From: Cetorhinus maximus
Taxonomy: Eukaryota
Length of the DNA stretch: 64,000 nucleotides
Direction of reading: 5' to 3'
Assembly (NCBI RefSeq): GCF_964194155.1
Contig: NC_135883.1
Span: forward strand, 147,312,001 to 147,376,000
Each line of letters starts with the position of its first letter. Position 1 is the first letter of the stretch. The position numbers and the translations under genes are program-made. Of the stretch, positions 49,541 to 62,709 are shown one piece after another. The notes under the pieces were generated by a model, which saw only the letters and a list, made by a program, of their open reading frames with translations, searched no databases and had not been told where the DNA came from.

Positions 49541-51279
49541 CTGAAAAAAACAATAAAAACCTGTTCAGAGAAACTGTTCAAAGTATAATTTTCAGTTGTG
49601 CCACAACATGAAACACAGTGAGTATATCTACTGCGAATATGGTTTGAAGATATTTAGAGAACAATGCCAGATTTTTTTAAACATTAAAGTATTATTTGAA
49701 GAGATAAAAATCTGCCATTGTGGTTGCACATAACTGCTTCCACAGGAATCACGTATACAGAGTACGTTTCCCCTCAGCTTTTGTAGGGGAAAAGCCCAGT
49801 TGTTATCGCAATTCCTTTGTGCCAAACAATCTCACTCGAAGCCAATATTGGAGCCACAAACACCAGCTGCTGTTGCAGTCGATGCTCCCAAGTCTGTGCC
49901 CTGAGCCTAGAGAGCGCTTTTTTTTCACCTTTCCCTCCTCCACTGTAACTGCTGAGTTGGCTTTGTAAGATATAATCATACGAAAATGTATGGTATAATT
50001 ATAAAAAGTGCTAAATATATATAATGATACTGTATGTATTTTTGGAGATTCTTCTATCCTTCAGTACAGTGTAACTGGACAGTGTGGATATAGGGACGCC
50101 GTTGTAGGGTGATTAAATCTCAAATTCATTTTTTATTACACAGGTTGATGGGATTGTCCAGGACTTTTTTTCTGTTTGGTGGGTTGTATTCTGCAATTCA
50201 GTACATTATTCCCCCTTCCACCTCCCCACACATCAGTGGCTTTCGGAGTTGATTAAAAGTTTTATATGGGAGAAATTATTCCTAACTCAGGCCGTTAGAT
50301 CATAGTTTGCAAGGATAAATAGATGGAACTTGATCACCGAACCACTGATGAGAACATTGGAATCTTATGTAATAGAAAAGACATTAGAGTTACTTAAATC
50401 GCTCTTTTAACGGGCAGCAGAGATTGTCAATTCGCCGAAACACCAGCAGAAATCTCAGAGTCCAGAACAGCATTTATAGAGTGCCTTGAACATCAAAAAA
50501 AGTTCCAGAGTGCTTCAGAGACAATCGACTAATGGATGCCAAGCTGAAGAAATTAGTAGTGACAGAGGGCTTGGTGAAAGAGGTGCATTTTAAAGAGGGT
50601 CTTACAAAAGGAGGGAGGTGGAAAATTTTAGGATGTGAATTTCACACCTTCACAGCATGGGGTTCAGGAGGCTGAAAGCATGACTGGCAGTGGTCAGGTG
50701 AAGTGAGGAGTTGCGGGGCAGAAGAAGGCTGCAGAGATGAGCAGTAATGGGGCTCTGATGAAATTTAAAAACAAGGGATGAGAATTTTAAGGCAAATTGT
50801 TGGGAAATAGTGTATGGTAGGCAGGACCCAGAGTAACGGGCAAGCATAACTTGGTACAGGGTATGGACGCAGGCAGCAGAGTTCTGGGTGTGTTGGTTTA
50901 TGGAGGATCAGAGATATGAGCCTGGCCTGCATAATGTTAGAATAGTTGAGCCTGGAGGCTGGAAAGGCCAGAAAATGGAATTTGACTTTTCAAACGCTGC
51001 ATAGCAGTGGCACTGATTATAACTAAATTCAGATGTTAGTTTTTCAGTTGCCCTCCAGTTAATCTGTGGTCTACTGTAAAGGAGCAACATTTACTATTTA
51101 GTTCAAGCCTAGATTACCACAGTTAGCTCTTGGCATCTAGCAGATTGATAGTTGTAATGAATCTGATCTAACTAATCAAGATCATGCTTTAGTAAAATCA
51201 TTTATTGCCCTGTAATCTTATGACTTTATTTGTAAATAATAATAAAATATTGTTGCAAGCTAACAATGCAACACAGCTG

Positions 51280-52345
51280 TCAGAATCATGAAATGACATA
51301 GCACAGAAGAAGGCCATTTAGTCCATCTAGCTCTTTAGCATCAGGAGGCTGAAAGCATGCTAGCTCTTTGAAAGATCTAACGATTTAATCCCATAACCAT
51401 TTAAATTTTTCCCCTTCAAGCGTTTATCCAATTCCCTTTAGAATATTATTATTAAATCTGCCTCCATCACCCTTTCAGGAAGTGCATTCTAGATGATAAC
51501 AACTCCATACATAAAATAAATTCTCATCTCACCTCTGTTCTTTGCGCAACTGCCTTAAATCTGTGTCTTCTGGTTACTGACTCTTCTGCCACCGGACCAT
51601 TCATGATTTTGAACATCTTTACTAAATCTCCCTATAACCTACCCTGCCACAAGAAGAACAAACCTATCTTTCCTAGTCTTTCCATGTAACTGAAATACTG
51701 CATGTCTGGAACTATTTTAGTCAATCATCTCTGCATCCTCTCCAAACCCTTAGCATCCTTGCCAAAATGTGGTGCCCAGAATTGGACCGAACGCTCCAGC
51801 AGGGGCATGACCAGTGCGTTATAAAAGTTTACAATAACTTCCTTGGTTTTGTATTCTGAATTGAACATGAATTCCACATGCTTTCTTAACGACCTTGTCC
51901 TACCACCTTTAGAGATTTGTGTACTTACATTCCCAAGTCTTTCTGTTCCTGCACTTCCTTTAAGATTGTGCCATTTAGTTTATTTTGCTTCTCATACCAA
52001 ATGAATAATTTCACACTTCTCTGCATTAAGTTGCACTTGCTACATGTCTGTCCACTGCACCAGTATGTGTCTTCCTGAAGTCTGTTGCTATCCATCTCAC
52101 TGTTAACTACATTTCTGAGTTGTTTACCATCTGAAAACTTTGAAATGATGCCCTGTATACCCAAGTCCAGGTCCTTAATATATATCAAAAAGTGCAGTGA
52201 TCCTAATCCACACCACTCTATACTTCACTCAGTATGAAAAACAGCCACCCACCACTACCCTCTGCTTTCTGTCTCTTAACCAATTTCGTATCCACATTAC
52301 CACTGTCCCTTTAATCCCATCGGCTTCAATTTTTCTAGCAAGTCT
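51280..52345 (-). mobile_element. CR1 LINE RT and 3' end
   Basis: IYIKDLDLGIQGIISKFSDGKQL (degenerate FADDTKL). Confidence 0.8.
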
Positions 52346-53329
52346 CTGGGGGCTTCTGAGTCACGTGTATGCATTGAATAAGTTGATCTCAGATGAGATG
52401 CCCTGGCTGCTAGCTGGTGAGCCGTGTTGAAAAGTGAGCAAATGTGTTGTGATGCCCTCCACAATCGGATATCCTGCTAGCACTTACTGACTAGATGGAG
52501 TGAAGGAATGGTACCACAGTGGGATTCAATGCTTTTAGAAAAGGGGAAGGAATCAATAGTCCAGAGTTGTTTTGTGCGAGCAAATGGCTTTTAAATAAAT
52601 GATGAGAAGGACATCTAATCAGTGTTGAGCCATTCAGTGTCAGTTACGCAGCTATTTATCAAGACCCATACGAGGAATTCAGTTCTGCGATCTAACTTGA
52701 CGTGTCAGTGCTACATTGTCAGGCATACTGTTCTTTCAGATGAGATGTTACACTGAGCTTCCATCTGGTTGTTTAGGTAGACAATAGAGATTCCTTGACC
52801 AAAAGAATAATAGGAAATTTTCCCTGTATCCGCTCAATCAAAACAACCATGTTAAAGAAGTAATTTCTATCTTTTTGCAGTGTGGAATTCTGCTGTGCAC
52901 AAAATTGCTGCCACATATTCCTTAATAACATTTGTGACTCTTTAATTAATTAAATTTACATACAGCATTCTGAGGGTTGTTTAAATGGATTATTTATAGC
53001 TGCGAGCTTGAGACCAGTAGCTGCAGTGTTAGTTTTTGCCAAGCAGTGGTCCATTTATACTGCCTGGTTCAAACTGTAATTACACTGTTCAGCAGAGGGC
53101 TCACAGTCTGCACACATCCACGTTCAGCACCACACTCAGTATCGTCCACAAAGTTTATAATCCAAACAGTAGGAAACTGCCTTTTCGGAAACAGTTTTTC
53201 TTGGGAGTCAGTTCAGGCCCTATATTTAACAGGACTTATATTTTCAGTGTGAGTGGAAACCAACACTGAAGTGTAAACATAACCTATATAACTACAAGCC
53301 TTTTTTTTAAAAAAAGCAAGAGGTTTACC

Positions 53330-54055
53330 ATCTCTTTGGAGTCACTTGATGTTCAATGCCATTACCATTACTTAATCCCCCACTATCAACATCCTGGGGT
53401 TACCATTGACCAGAAACTGAACTGGACTAGCCATATAAATACTGTGGCTACTAGAACAGATCGGATGCTAGGAATCATGCAGCGAGTAACTCATCTCCTG
53501 ACTCTCCAAAGTCTCCACCATCTATAAGGCACAGGTCAGGAGTGTGATGGAATACTCTCCACTTGCCTGGATGAGTGCAACTCTAACAACATGCAAGAAG
53601 CTTGACACCATCCAGGACAAAGCAGCCCGCTTGATTGGCATCCCATCCACAAACAATTCTTCCCTCCACTACCGAGACACAGTGGCAGCAGTGTGTACCA
53701 TCTACTAGATGTACTGCAGGAACTCACCAAGGCTCCTGAAACAACACCTTCCAAACCCACAACCAGTACCTTCCAGAAGGATAAGGGTAGCAGTCTCATG
53801 GGAACACCACCACCTAGAGGATCTCCTCCAAGCCGCACACCATCCTGACTTGGAAATATATCACCGTTCCTTCACTGTCATTGGGTCAAAATCCTGGAAC
53901 TCCCTTCCTAACAGCACACTGGGTGTACCTACATCACATGGACTGCTCTGGTTCAAGAAGGCAGCTCACCACCACCTCCTCAAGGGCAATTAGGGATGGG
54001 CAATAAATGCTGGCCGAGCCAGTGACACCCACATCCCATGAACAAATAAAAAAAA
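53330..54055 (+). mobile_element. 3' end of the same CR1-clade LINE family
   Basis: Colinear with 31350-32100 including the A-rich tail. Confidence 0.88.
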
Positions 54056-54119
54056 GACTTGGATTATTGCTTCCCTTCTTCCTCCTCCTCCATGTAATTT
54101 ATAATTGAGGTTGTGACTG

Positions 54120-54247
54120 CCCAGCCAGGATTTTCCGGCCTTGCCCGGTATGGAAATCGTCACAGATGGGACGGAGAATTTGATGGACTGTTGCCTTCGG
54201 GTGGGAATTTCCGGTCCCATGGCAGGTGGACCAGAAAATCCCGCCCA
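54120..54247. mobile_element. Short MITE
   Basis: GGATTTTCCGG ... CCAGAAAATCC terminal inverted similarity. Confidence 0.55.
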
Positions 54248-55769
54248 ATATTTCCTCTCTCAGTGATTGCATTTTTTATTATAACAGTCTGTGGTTAAAA
54301 TTTGAAGTTGAACATAAAGAGGTCCCAACTGTTAATTTGTGTCCTGGCTTTGGTGTGTGAAATATGCATAGGATACGTTGAACCTGGCCAAGTACAGATC
54401 TTCCAATTGCTTGCTGGTCAGAGAACCACAGCATTACAAGGCTAACAACTATTAACCTTGAGTTAAGTGTATAAGTCCAATATTTGTTCTAACTGAAATG
54501 CAACATTTTGTTACTTCTGTACTTATAAAGCAACTTTTATGTAGCTGGCCAAAAAGGAATATGTTTTTTAAGGCAGAAAGAAAAAGGTGAATACAGTTTT
54601 GAGTCTGCAAACTATAACCTAGACTTGGCATGGAAAGGTCTTGCGGTTTGTGTCAAGGAGATCATCTCAGAATCTAGATGGTGTATTGGAAAGGTAGTTG
54701 GATTGGTACTCTGAAAAGAGGATGCAAAATGAATTATATTAATAAAATGAAGTTGGAGGGGGCAGGACATTGCAAGATCATGGACTGAGAGGAGAGAAGA
54801 ATATCTTCCTTTTAATTTCCAGGTTGCTCAAGCCCATCCAACAAGATCGTAATTTTAGTTACATACCTGTAGACTGCTGTATTCAATGAAGTGAAGCAAA
54901 ATAGATATAAAATGAGTTTCAAATTAAAACTTCGCCTTATATGTATGTATACATTCTTAACAATACATTTAAAACATCATATTGTATTCAGTGTTTTTTG
55001 GGGTTTCCACAGAAAGTATGACCAAGGCCAGTTAAAATTTTATGCTACACATGCTTGAACAGTAAAAAAAGTTAGCTTGGATCAATAGAAAGCATTCTCA
55101 TGTCTGATTCCAGAAGTTATGGGATCAAACCCCACCTTAGGACACTCAATTTAAGCGTGCGGTGTAGCACACTCAAGCAAGAGTGCTTTATTGTTCCGTC
55201 TATCTCTTGAGATGGACATAAAAAGGTAGCAAGATGTTATTCGAAAAGTAGAGGGTTCTCTCCCAGTGCCTTGGCCTAGATTTATCCCTCAATCGATGTC
55301 ACAAAAACTGGTCAGTCATTCATTTCCTGTTTGTTGTTCATAAATTGCCAACCACGGATACATAACGATATTTCAAAGTAAATTGATTGGCTCTGAAGCA
55401 TTTTGGGACATCCTGAGGGTGTGGAAGGTTCTACATGAATACAAATTAGGTTACTCTTTCCAAATTTTGAGTAGTCAAACACTAAGGTGCTGGATATTCT
55501 TAGTTATACATCTGTTACAGGTGCTGGGAGCAATTTGAAGTGTTGAAGGATACCCTGTACCGTTAAAGTGCATTGGACCAAAGTTAAACTGTAAACGTTT
55601 TAGCTTAAGTGCAATGTTAAGTACTAACACGCCAAATCAGCTTAGTGACTACATAGTTCAAGATGCGAGTTTTGTGCGATACATGTTGAATAATTTTTTT
55701 CGAGGGGGGCTGGGCCCTTTTTCGGAATCCTGTATTATTTTAAATTCTTTAAAACTCTTGTGATTACAG

Positions 55770-55859
55770 GCGAGAAATCACAGACCACCGAATAACCAGA
55801 ATGGAAATTTTTGGCACCGGATAAACATACTGTACAGGCGAAGGATCAACGGTTTGTGA
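55770..55859 (+). CDS. BCL2L11: BIM terminal coding exon (ARNHRPPNNQNGNFWHRINILYRRRINGL*)
   Basis: Acceptor TGATTACAG|G, phase 0, 29 codons plus TGA, close to the length of the mammalian last exon. Followed by a UTR with BIM-typical miRNA seeds and a polyA signal. Protein similarity is weak. Confidence 0.72.
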   Translation, partial: ARNHRPPNNQNGNFWHRINILYRRRINGL

Positions 55860-56850
55860 CCGATACACTCTTCAGTCTAACTCCTGAAAGAAAACCCAGC
55901 AAATATGTAGCCCTGCCATTTAAAGACAGACTGGATGGCTGAAGGTTTCAGCAGTTTCAACTCTTGCTTTTACAGAATCAAAGCTTTTTTTCTTGTCTGT
56001 GTGTATATTTTGGCATTAACGTGTAGTAATCTGATGAAATGGACATCAACTCAGTGGCTGAACCACCGCTAGTCCCCGAAGTTCACTGGAAGACGGCAAT
56101 GGGTGTGGATCTCTCGTCAGGTGAAACCGTCGGAACAGTTCAGCGGTGAATTAATTTTGAGCCCATGTATTGTATTCTACAAGTGTTTCCTGCAATTATT
56201 GGAACCTGAGCCAGAAAATATCAAGAGCTGCCTTACGTTTCCCCCAAAACACAATCAAATACAATCTGAATTGTTTTCATAACACACCCTTTTTTATATA
56301 ACAAGAAAATGATGTTCATCCCCTGCAGCCCTGAGATGAATAGAAATGTATATGTGTAAGTTATTTTGAACTGACTTATTTATTAGATGTAGAGCATCTC
56401 GCGTGTTTTTTCAGTTTGTTTCCTCCCGTCTTCTCCCCTCCCTCTGTAATCCATTGCCAAACTGATCTATAATGTATTCTGTCTGCAACTTTTTTTTCCC
56501 CCATGCTGTTAATTTCTGCTTAAAGTTATTTAATTTCAGTTCAGTTTGCGTAGTGTTTTCATACGCTGCATAGGACTCAGTGTAAATGTAGCAAATGTTT
56601 AAGTAATTCCCCACCATCTCCATCTTCCCACTGTTCCCAACCCTTTGTTTTTTTCCTCCAGTTTTGATTTGATTTTTTCTTCCTTGCACTGATGTCTGAA
56701 GGGGAATTGACAATTTTTAACTGTGCAATACTGCTGTACATAGCTACAGAACTTTTATGTACAAAAATATTTTGTGTCTTGAAACTTGTGTAATTTTGAA
56801 GTAAAATCTTTTTCTTACAATAAATTTGCTGAAAATCAAACCAAAGATCC
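55860..56850 (+). other. BCL2L11: BCL2L11 3'UTR up to the proximal polyA site
   Basis: TE-free and U-rich, with multiple 8mer miRNA seeds; ends after AATAAA at 56819-56824. Confidence 0.7.
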
Positions 56851-56872
56851 TCTGCAGTTTCAGTTTGGTTTT
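56819..56872 (+). terminator. Polyadenylation signal AATAAA with upstream TGTA and downstream GT/T-rich elements
   Basis: AATAAA at 56819-56824, TGTA motifs at ~56735, ~56758 and ~56788, and GTTTCAGTTTGGTTTT at ~56857-56872. Confidence 0.6.
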
Positions 56873-57109
56873 AATCCTACGTGCAGTTTATTAGCCTGCA
56901 GACAATGGATAAATGATGGGACAAATTACTGGGGGCCATCTTTGCATCCATGGAACTGTATCTTAATCGAGGATGGCAGGTAATGTGATGCTAATTTCAA
57001 TTTTGGATCGAAACTTGTTCTGCTGCAGAGCTACCTGAAGATGTACAATACTTTCCACCTTTCTGACCTACGACATTCTATAGATTTACTCACTCAAGAA
57101 TGGGACAAA

Positions 57110-58310
57110 AAAGTTATAAGAACAGGCATAGGCCATTCACTCCCTGGAACCTGCTCTGCCATCCAATTAGATCATGGCTGATTCGCACATCACCTCACAA
57201 ATTCCCGCTTTTTGCTCCATAATCTCATGATCCCTTTACCTAAAAACAGGTATCGATCTTAGCCGTGAAAGCTCCAATTGACCCAAGATCTACAGCATTT
57301 TGGATAAGAGAGTTCCAAATTTCTGCCACCCTCTATGTTAAAAACGTGCTTCCTGATTTCCCGCTTGAATGGTTTAGCTGTAATTTTACGATTATCCTGC
57401 CTTATTCTTTATTCCCCTACCGAAGTAAATAGTTTCTCTATTTACCCTAATAAATCTTAACATTTTAAACACCCTAATCAGATCACCCCTCAACCTTCTA
57501 CACTCAAGGGAATACAAGCCCTGTTTATGTAACATGTCCTGAAAATTTACCCTTTAAGCTTGCAAGACTTAACCTAAACCTGAATGCAGTATTCCAGATG
57601 GAGATTGGCAACCCCTGAGGAAATGCTGTTTTTCTTGTTTTAACTGCGGTGTCTTTGCCCTGACAGTAACAAGCCAGAAGCTGCTTCACGAAACTACCAG
57701 GTTCTGTTCAACTGAACCGTAACTTCCTCCCCATTATGTTTCACCCCTTTGAAATAAAAGCCAAGAATCCATTTGTCATCTTGATTAGTTTTTGAATTTT
57801 GTCTACTGGATTTGATGAATTTTGTACTTAAGCTCCCAAATCTCCTACACATTTCTAATGTTTCTTACAATTTACAAAACACTTTGATCTTTCTTGGATC
57901 TAAAGTGGTTGACCTCCGGCATACCTACATTTGTGCTCCATTTGCCATAGTCGTGCCCTTACGCACAATATGTTTTATGTCCCATTGTCCCTTACTGCTC
58001 CCATCTGCCCTACTTACTGTCCCTCCCAACTTAGTGCCATCTACAAACTAGGATATACAATACCATATTCCTTCATGTGCCATTGATAAATACAGTGAAA
58101 AGCTAAGGCTCCAGAGTGGATGCCTGGGGGAACACCGCTTGTCATTTTCTTCCAATTAGAATACCTGCTTTGCAACAATTTCCAACCCAAGTTGAAAGGC
58201 TACTGTGAATTCCATGCACACTCATTTTTAAGGTATATTTAAAGGCAAACAACAGTCCCTAGACATACACCATCTGTGTATATTTTGACATTCCTGTCCA
58301 CTATACTGTA
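57110..58310 (-). mobile_element. Old CR1 LINE downstream of the proximal polyA site
   Basis: ATAAGAACAGGCATAGGCCATTCA...CCTGCTCTGCCAT tail and CR1-like body on the reverse strand. Confidence 0.7.
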
Positions 58311-59734
58311 CAATGGACTGATTTTCACACAACTTCCAACTGTCAAGTGAAGCAGCCAAATCAAGAGTGATATATATGCTGAGAGATCCCTCAGATCAAA
58401 TGCATTTCCCATCGAAAGTATAAGTGTGTAGTAAAGGGGATCGCCTCAGAGCGTGGTTTCTTCCTGAAGATGTCAGAGGTGTTCTAGGGAATATCTCAGA
58501 CCTTGTAATCTTCTCAAAGATATCCACCTGCATGGTCAAACTTGTCTCCAAATCACATTGTTTAAGGGGAGCAGTCTGTCATCCATGTATTATTTACTTG
58601 AAAATGGGTTTTCATATGTTTTTAAACAAATGTATTATTCATATTTAGCTGTGACTTATTAGTATTTTAAAAGATTTCATCTTTTTCAGTTACTAGGTAA
58701 TTGTGGTACAAACTCGTGATTCAGTGTAATTCTTGTTGGAGGCATCGTATGAGTTTTATTTCTCTTGTTATTCTAAGGTACATAACCTTTTCTATCTACA
58801 GATTGCCTATTTTGAACTATCTTAAAAGGCAAAGAGAAACAAAAATATTGCTGCTTGAAACTGCATTGCTGTGTGGGTGTAAAAGTGCTTTCAGTTCCAA
58901 ATCATCATTTTTGAATTCATTTCATTGTGGTTTTATTAAATAACTAAGTTAGGATTTCTTTCAAATACTCAGTCAATGTGTCTATTGCAGTACGGTGTTT
59001 TCTTATATATACATTACATGCTGTTGTTTTGCTTGCCCAATCCAGCTAAGTGCCTCGTGATCATTTTGGTAATACCACTGGAAGGACTTGTTCAGAACGG
59101 TCGTTAAGAATGACACAACTCTCGTTAAATGCATATTTAGAGTTCTGCACCCTTGTGTCATTGCCATGCTGCATGAATCCCCAGCTCAGCGACTGGCTTT
59201 CATGACCACATGGATATGTCTCGATGCCAACCAACTAGTGAAAGATCAAAACTACAGTTCATTTTGGGGTTTTATTTTGGTTGATGATACATAGTCAAGA
59301 TTTCTATGTCACGAAAATCTGAGCACCCAAATCTGAATGTCTGTACGTAATCTTTCTACTTTCAGAAGGAAAGAAATGGTTTTGATTGTTTAAGTCGCAC
59401 AGCCCCAGCTGAAAAATGAGCAATAACAGTCGGGTTAGTAACTCCACAAGAAAAGAAACCCACAAAACCCACTTGGCTGATCTGGTTCCTTCAAAGGGAA
59501 GTCTAGTTTTCTGGGTCTGCATTCCACAAAGCCTGTTCTGTCTCTTCGCCAAGCTCGTATTCTTCTTCACTCTCCCTTACCAGGAGTTTGTCAATTTTGT
59601 TCTTGTAAAGGTTTCACAGGTGCTACTTGCTCTGTATTCAGGGTGATTTCCCCCCCCCCCCCCTCCCCCCGCCATACTTGGGCATCAAAGTCAATGCCGA
59701 CTTATACTGAGTTATCACTGAGAAAGTGATGGGT

Positions 59735-59960
59735 GACCTTCTTAATCTGATAGTCTGTGTGGTATATGTGTTCCCACAGTTCTGACAGGTAGGGAGTTCC
59801 AGGACTGGTGATGAAGGAACAGCAATATGTGTCCAAGTCAGGATGGTGTGCACCGTGGAGCGGCACCTTTTTGAGGTGCTGATGTTCCCATGCGCCTGCT
59901 GTCCTTGTCCTTCTAGGTGGTGAAAGTCACAGTTTGGGAGATGCTGCCAAAGATGTTGTC
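59735..59960 (-). mobile_element. Degenerate 3' fragment of the same LINE family
   Basis: GGGAGTTCCAGGA...CCAAGTCAGGATGGTG matches 3050-3115. Confidence 0.7.
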
Positions 59961-59984
59961 TTCCCTCTTCCTCTAATTTTCTCT

Positions 59985-60195
59985 CCTCCTGGCAAATATT
60001 TATCCTCAATCGACATCACCTAAACAGGTAACCTGATCATTATCTCATTGCTGTTGATGGGAGCTTGGTGTGTGTAAATTAGCTGCTACAGTTCCAACAT
60101 CACAACAGCGACTAGACTTCAAAAAGTACTTAATTGACTGTAAAGCACTTTGGGATGTCATTGAGGTTGTGAAAGGAGCTATATAAATGTAGATC
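59985..60195 (+). mobile_element. Deu-domain SINE (AmnSINE1/SacSINE1-like)
   Basis: CTCATTGCTGTTGATGGGAGCTTG...CTTCAAAAAGTAC...GTAAAGCACTTTGGGATGTC...CTATATAAATG. Other copies at ~960-1175(-), ~6340-6425(-), ~33400-33700(-), ~43690-44040(-), ~52610-52990(+) and ~55090-55445(+). Confidence 0.7.
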
Positions 60196-60869
60196 CTTTG
60201 AGAGACATCCATTTCTTCTTGTGCCACAGCTCCATGGGTATCAGGCATCCCCAGGGGTCTCCTTCAAGTATTTTCTTTATGACTGGTTTTATTTAATTGC
60301 ACTCCTGTGAGAAGCAGCTTGGGATGTTTTATTGTGATAAAGGTGCTATATAACTGCAAGTTTTGAAATGTGACCCTCAACAATGAATCATAGAAACATG
60401 AAAATGGAAATCAATCCCATGCTAACTTGATGTTCACCCACCCACAGAGGAATGGGAACTGCTTGCTTTATTTTTCCTCCTCTAACCTTGAATTAATTAT
60501 AGTGCTCCCTATAGTGAGTTGGCTAAGTTCAACTGATTCAGTGCAGACCAGGTATCAAACTTGGGACATCATAATCTTTATGATTCAACTGTTCTCTGGC
60601 TAACTCAGAGTTGACAGCTCTAGGTGAGTAACAGGGATAATGGAGTCAAAAACTCCAGCAGCCAATTAAGAGAGAGTTGGGTTCTCTCGTGGGGAAACCA
60701 CAGATTTCTAAAGAAGAATGAGCTAGATGAACCAAATGCCTTCCTTCATCTGTACTTGACCTCTGAGATGTTGCTGGATTTCAAATCCCACTTTGCTCAG
60801 GATTTTCTAATCATGATCCTTGGGTCTTAGCTTGTTAGCCTGAAATCTTTTATCTGATTAGGGAAAACA

Positions 60870-62705
60870 TTGTAGTGTTGGAAAGAGAGGGTGTCCCAGC
60901 AGGGACAGAATCCCATTTGGTTAGTGTTGAGAGGCAAAAGGGACGATCATGCCACTGGGGCTATTCTATAGGCCTCCAAATAGTGTGAGAGAGACAGAGA
61001 CAGGGGAGCAAATCTGCAGGTAAAGCACAGAGATGTGCAATAACTATAGATATTGGGGGACTTTCATTCACCAAATATCGATAGGGATCATGAGTAAAGG
61101 GAAAGGTGGGGGAAACATTTCTGAAACGTGTACAGGAGAGCTTCTATGACCAGTACATTCTTGGATCCAACGAGGAAGAAGGTATTGCTGGATCTGTTGC
61201 TGGGGAATGAGGTGGACCAAGTGTCTGTGGGGAAAATACTTGGGTAAGAGTGACCATTGTATCATGAGGGTTAGATTAGCAATGTAGAAGAGCGAGATAC
61301 AATCTAAAGCAGAACTTCTAAGTTGGAAGAAGGCTAACTTCAATGGGATGATTTTTAAGTCAGAGATGTTTGAGGTATAGGCTGGGTATACTCCATCAAG
61401 ATAGAAAGGCAGGGGAACCAAATCCAGGATTCCTTGGATGACAAGGGAAATAGAGAATATGATGAAACCAAAAACAAAATGTATGATGCATTTGAGGTGA
61501 ATTCTTCAAGTGAGAACCAGGCCAAATATAATTAGTTGAGAGGATAAATGAAGTCGAAATGGCGAAGAGAGAATATGAGAATAAAATGGCAGTTAACATA
61601 AAACTGGCATATAAAACATAATACCAGCATATAAGTGGGTAGTAAGTAGTGGGGTGGGGGCTATTGGATCAAAGAGCAAATATATGCTTAGAAGCACAGG
61701 ACAAAGCTAGGTTACTTAATAGATTACTTTGTGTCAGTGTTTACTGAGATCATGCTGACAACTTATCAGTAGAAGCAGAGATGGTAAAGGTAATGGATGG
61801 GTTGAAAATTGATAGGCAGGATGTACTGGAAAGGCTGACTATGGTAAGAGTGGATAAGTCACCTGGTCCAGATAGCTTGCATTCTAGGTTGCTAAGGGAA
61901 GTCGGGGTGGAGATAGCAGAAGGGCTTGCAATCTTCCCTAGATATGGGGGAGGTGCCAGAGGATTGGAATGTGGCAAATTTGACACCCTTGTAAGGACAT
62001 TCCTAGTAATCACAGACCTGTCAGTAAGGTTCTAGAAACCAATAATCTGGAGAAAAAATTAACAGGCACTTGGGGAGTTTTGAGTTAATTAAGGGGAGCC
62101 AGCATGGATTTGTAAAAGGCTGATAGCGTTTAACTAATCTAATTGAACTTTTTGAGGAAGTAACAGAGAAAGTTGAGGAAGAGAATGCAGTGCATGTTGT
62201 CTATATGGATTTTAAGAAAGTGCTTGATAAAGTGCACCATAAAAAACTAGTAAACAAAAATGAGGCTCATGGGATAGGAGTGTCAGTTCCAAATGGTTAA
62301 AAAAATTAGCTTAAGGACAAGGAAACAATGAGTCACAGTAAGTGGCCATTTTTCTGACTGGAGGATGGTAGACAGGTACTCTCCAAGGGCTACTGCTTTT
62401 TTAATATTTATAAATTATTTGGATATTGGAGTACAGAGTAAAATTTCACAATTTGCAGATGATACCAAACTTGGAGCTGTGGCAAATAGTGAGGATGATA
62501 CCAATCGACTGCGACAGGACATAGACAGGCTAATAGAATGGGCAGACAAGTGGCAGATGGAAGTTAATACAGAGCAGTGTGAGGCGATGCATTTTGACAG
62601 ATGAGATAGTGTGATGCAATAAACACTTAATGGTACAGTTCTTAAGAGTGTGCAAGGAACGAGGGACCCAAAGGTTCATTTGCATAAATCTTTGAAGGTG
62701 GCAGG
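60870..62705 (+). mobile_element. CR1 LINE ORF2 remnant (endonuclease to RT), many stops
   Basis: ILGDF-like endonuclease motif near 61050, DKSPGPDSLHSRLLREV, SQHGF, ISQFADDTKLG. Confidence 0.88.
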
Positions 62706-62709
62706 ACAT

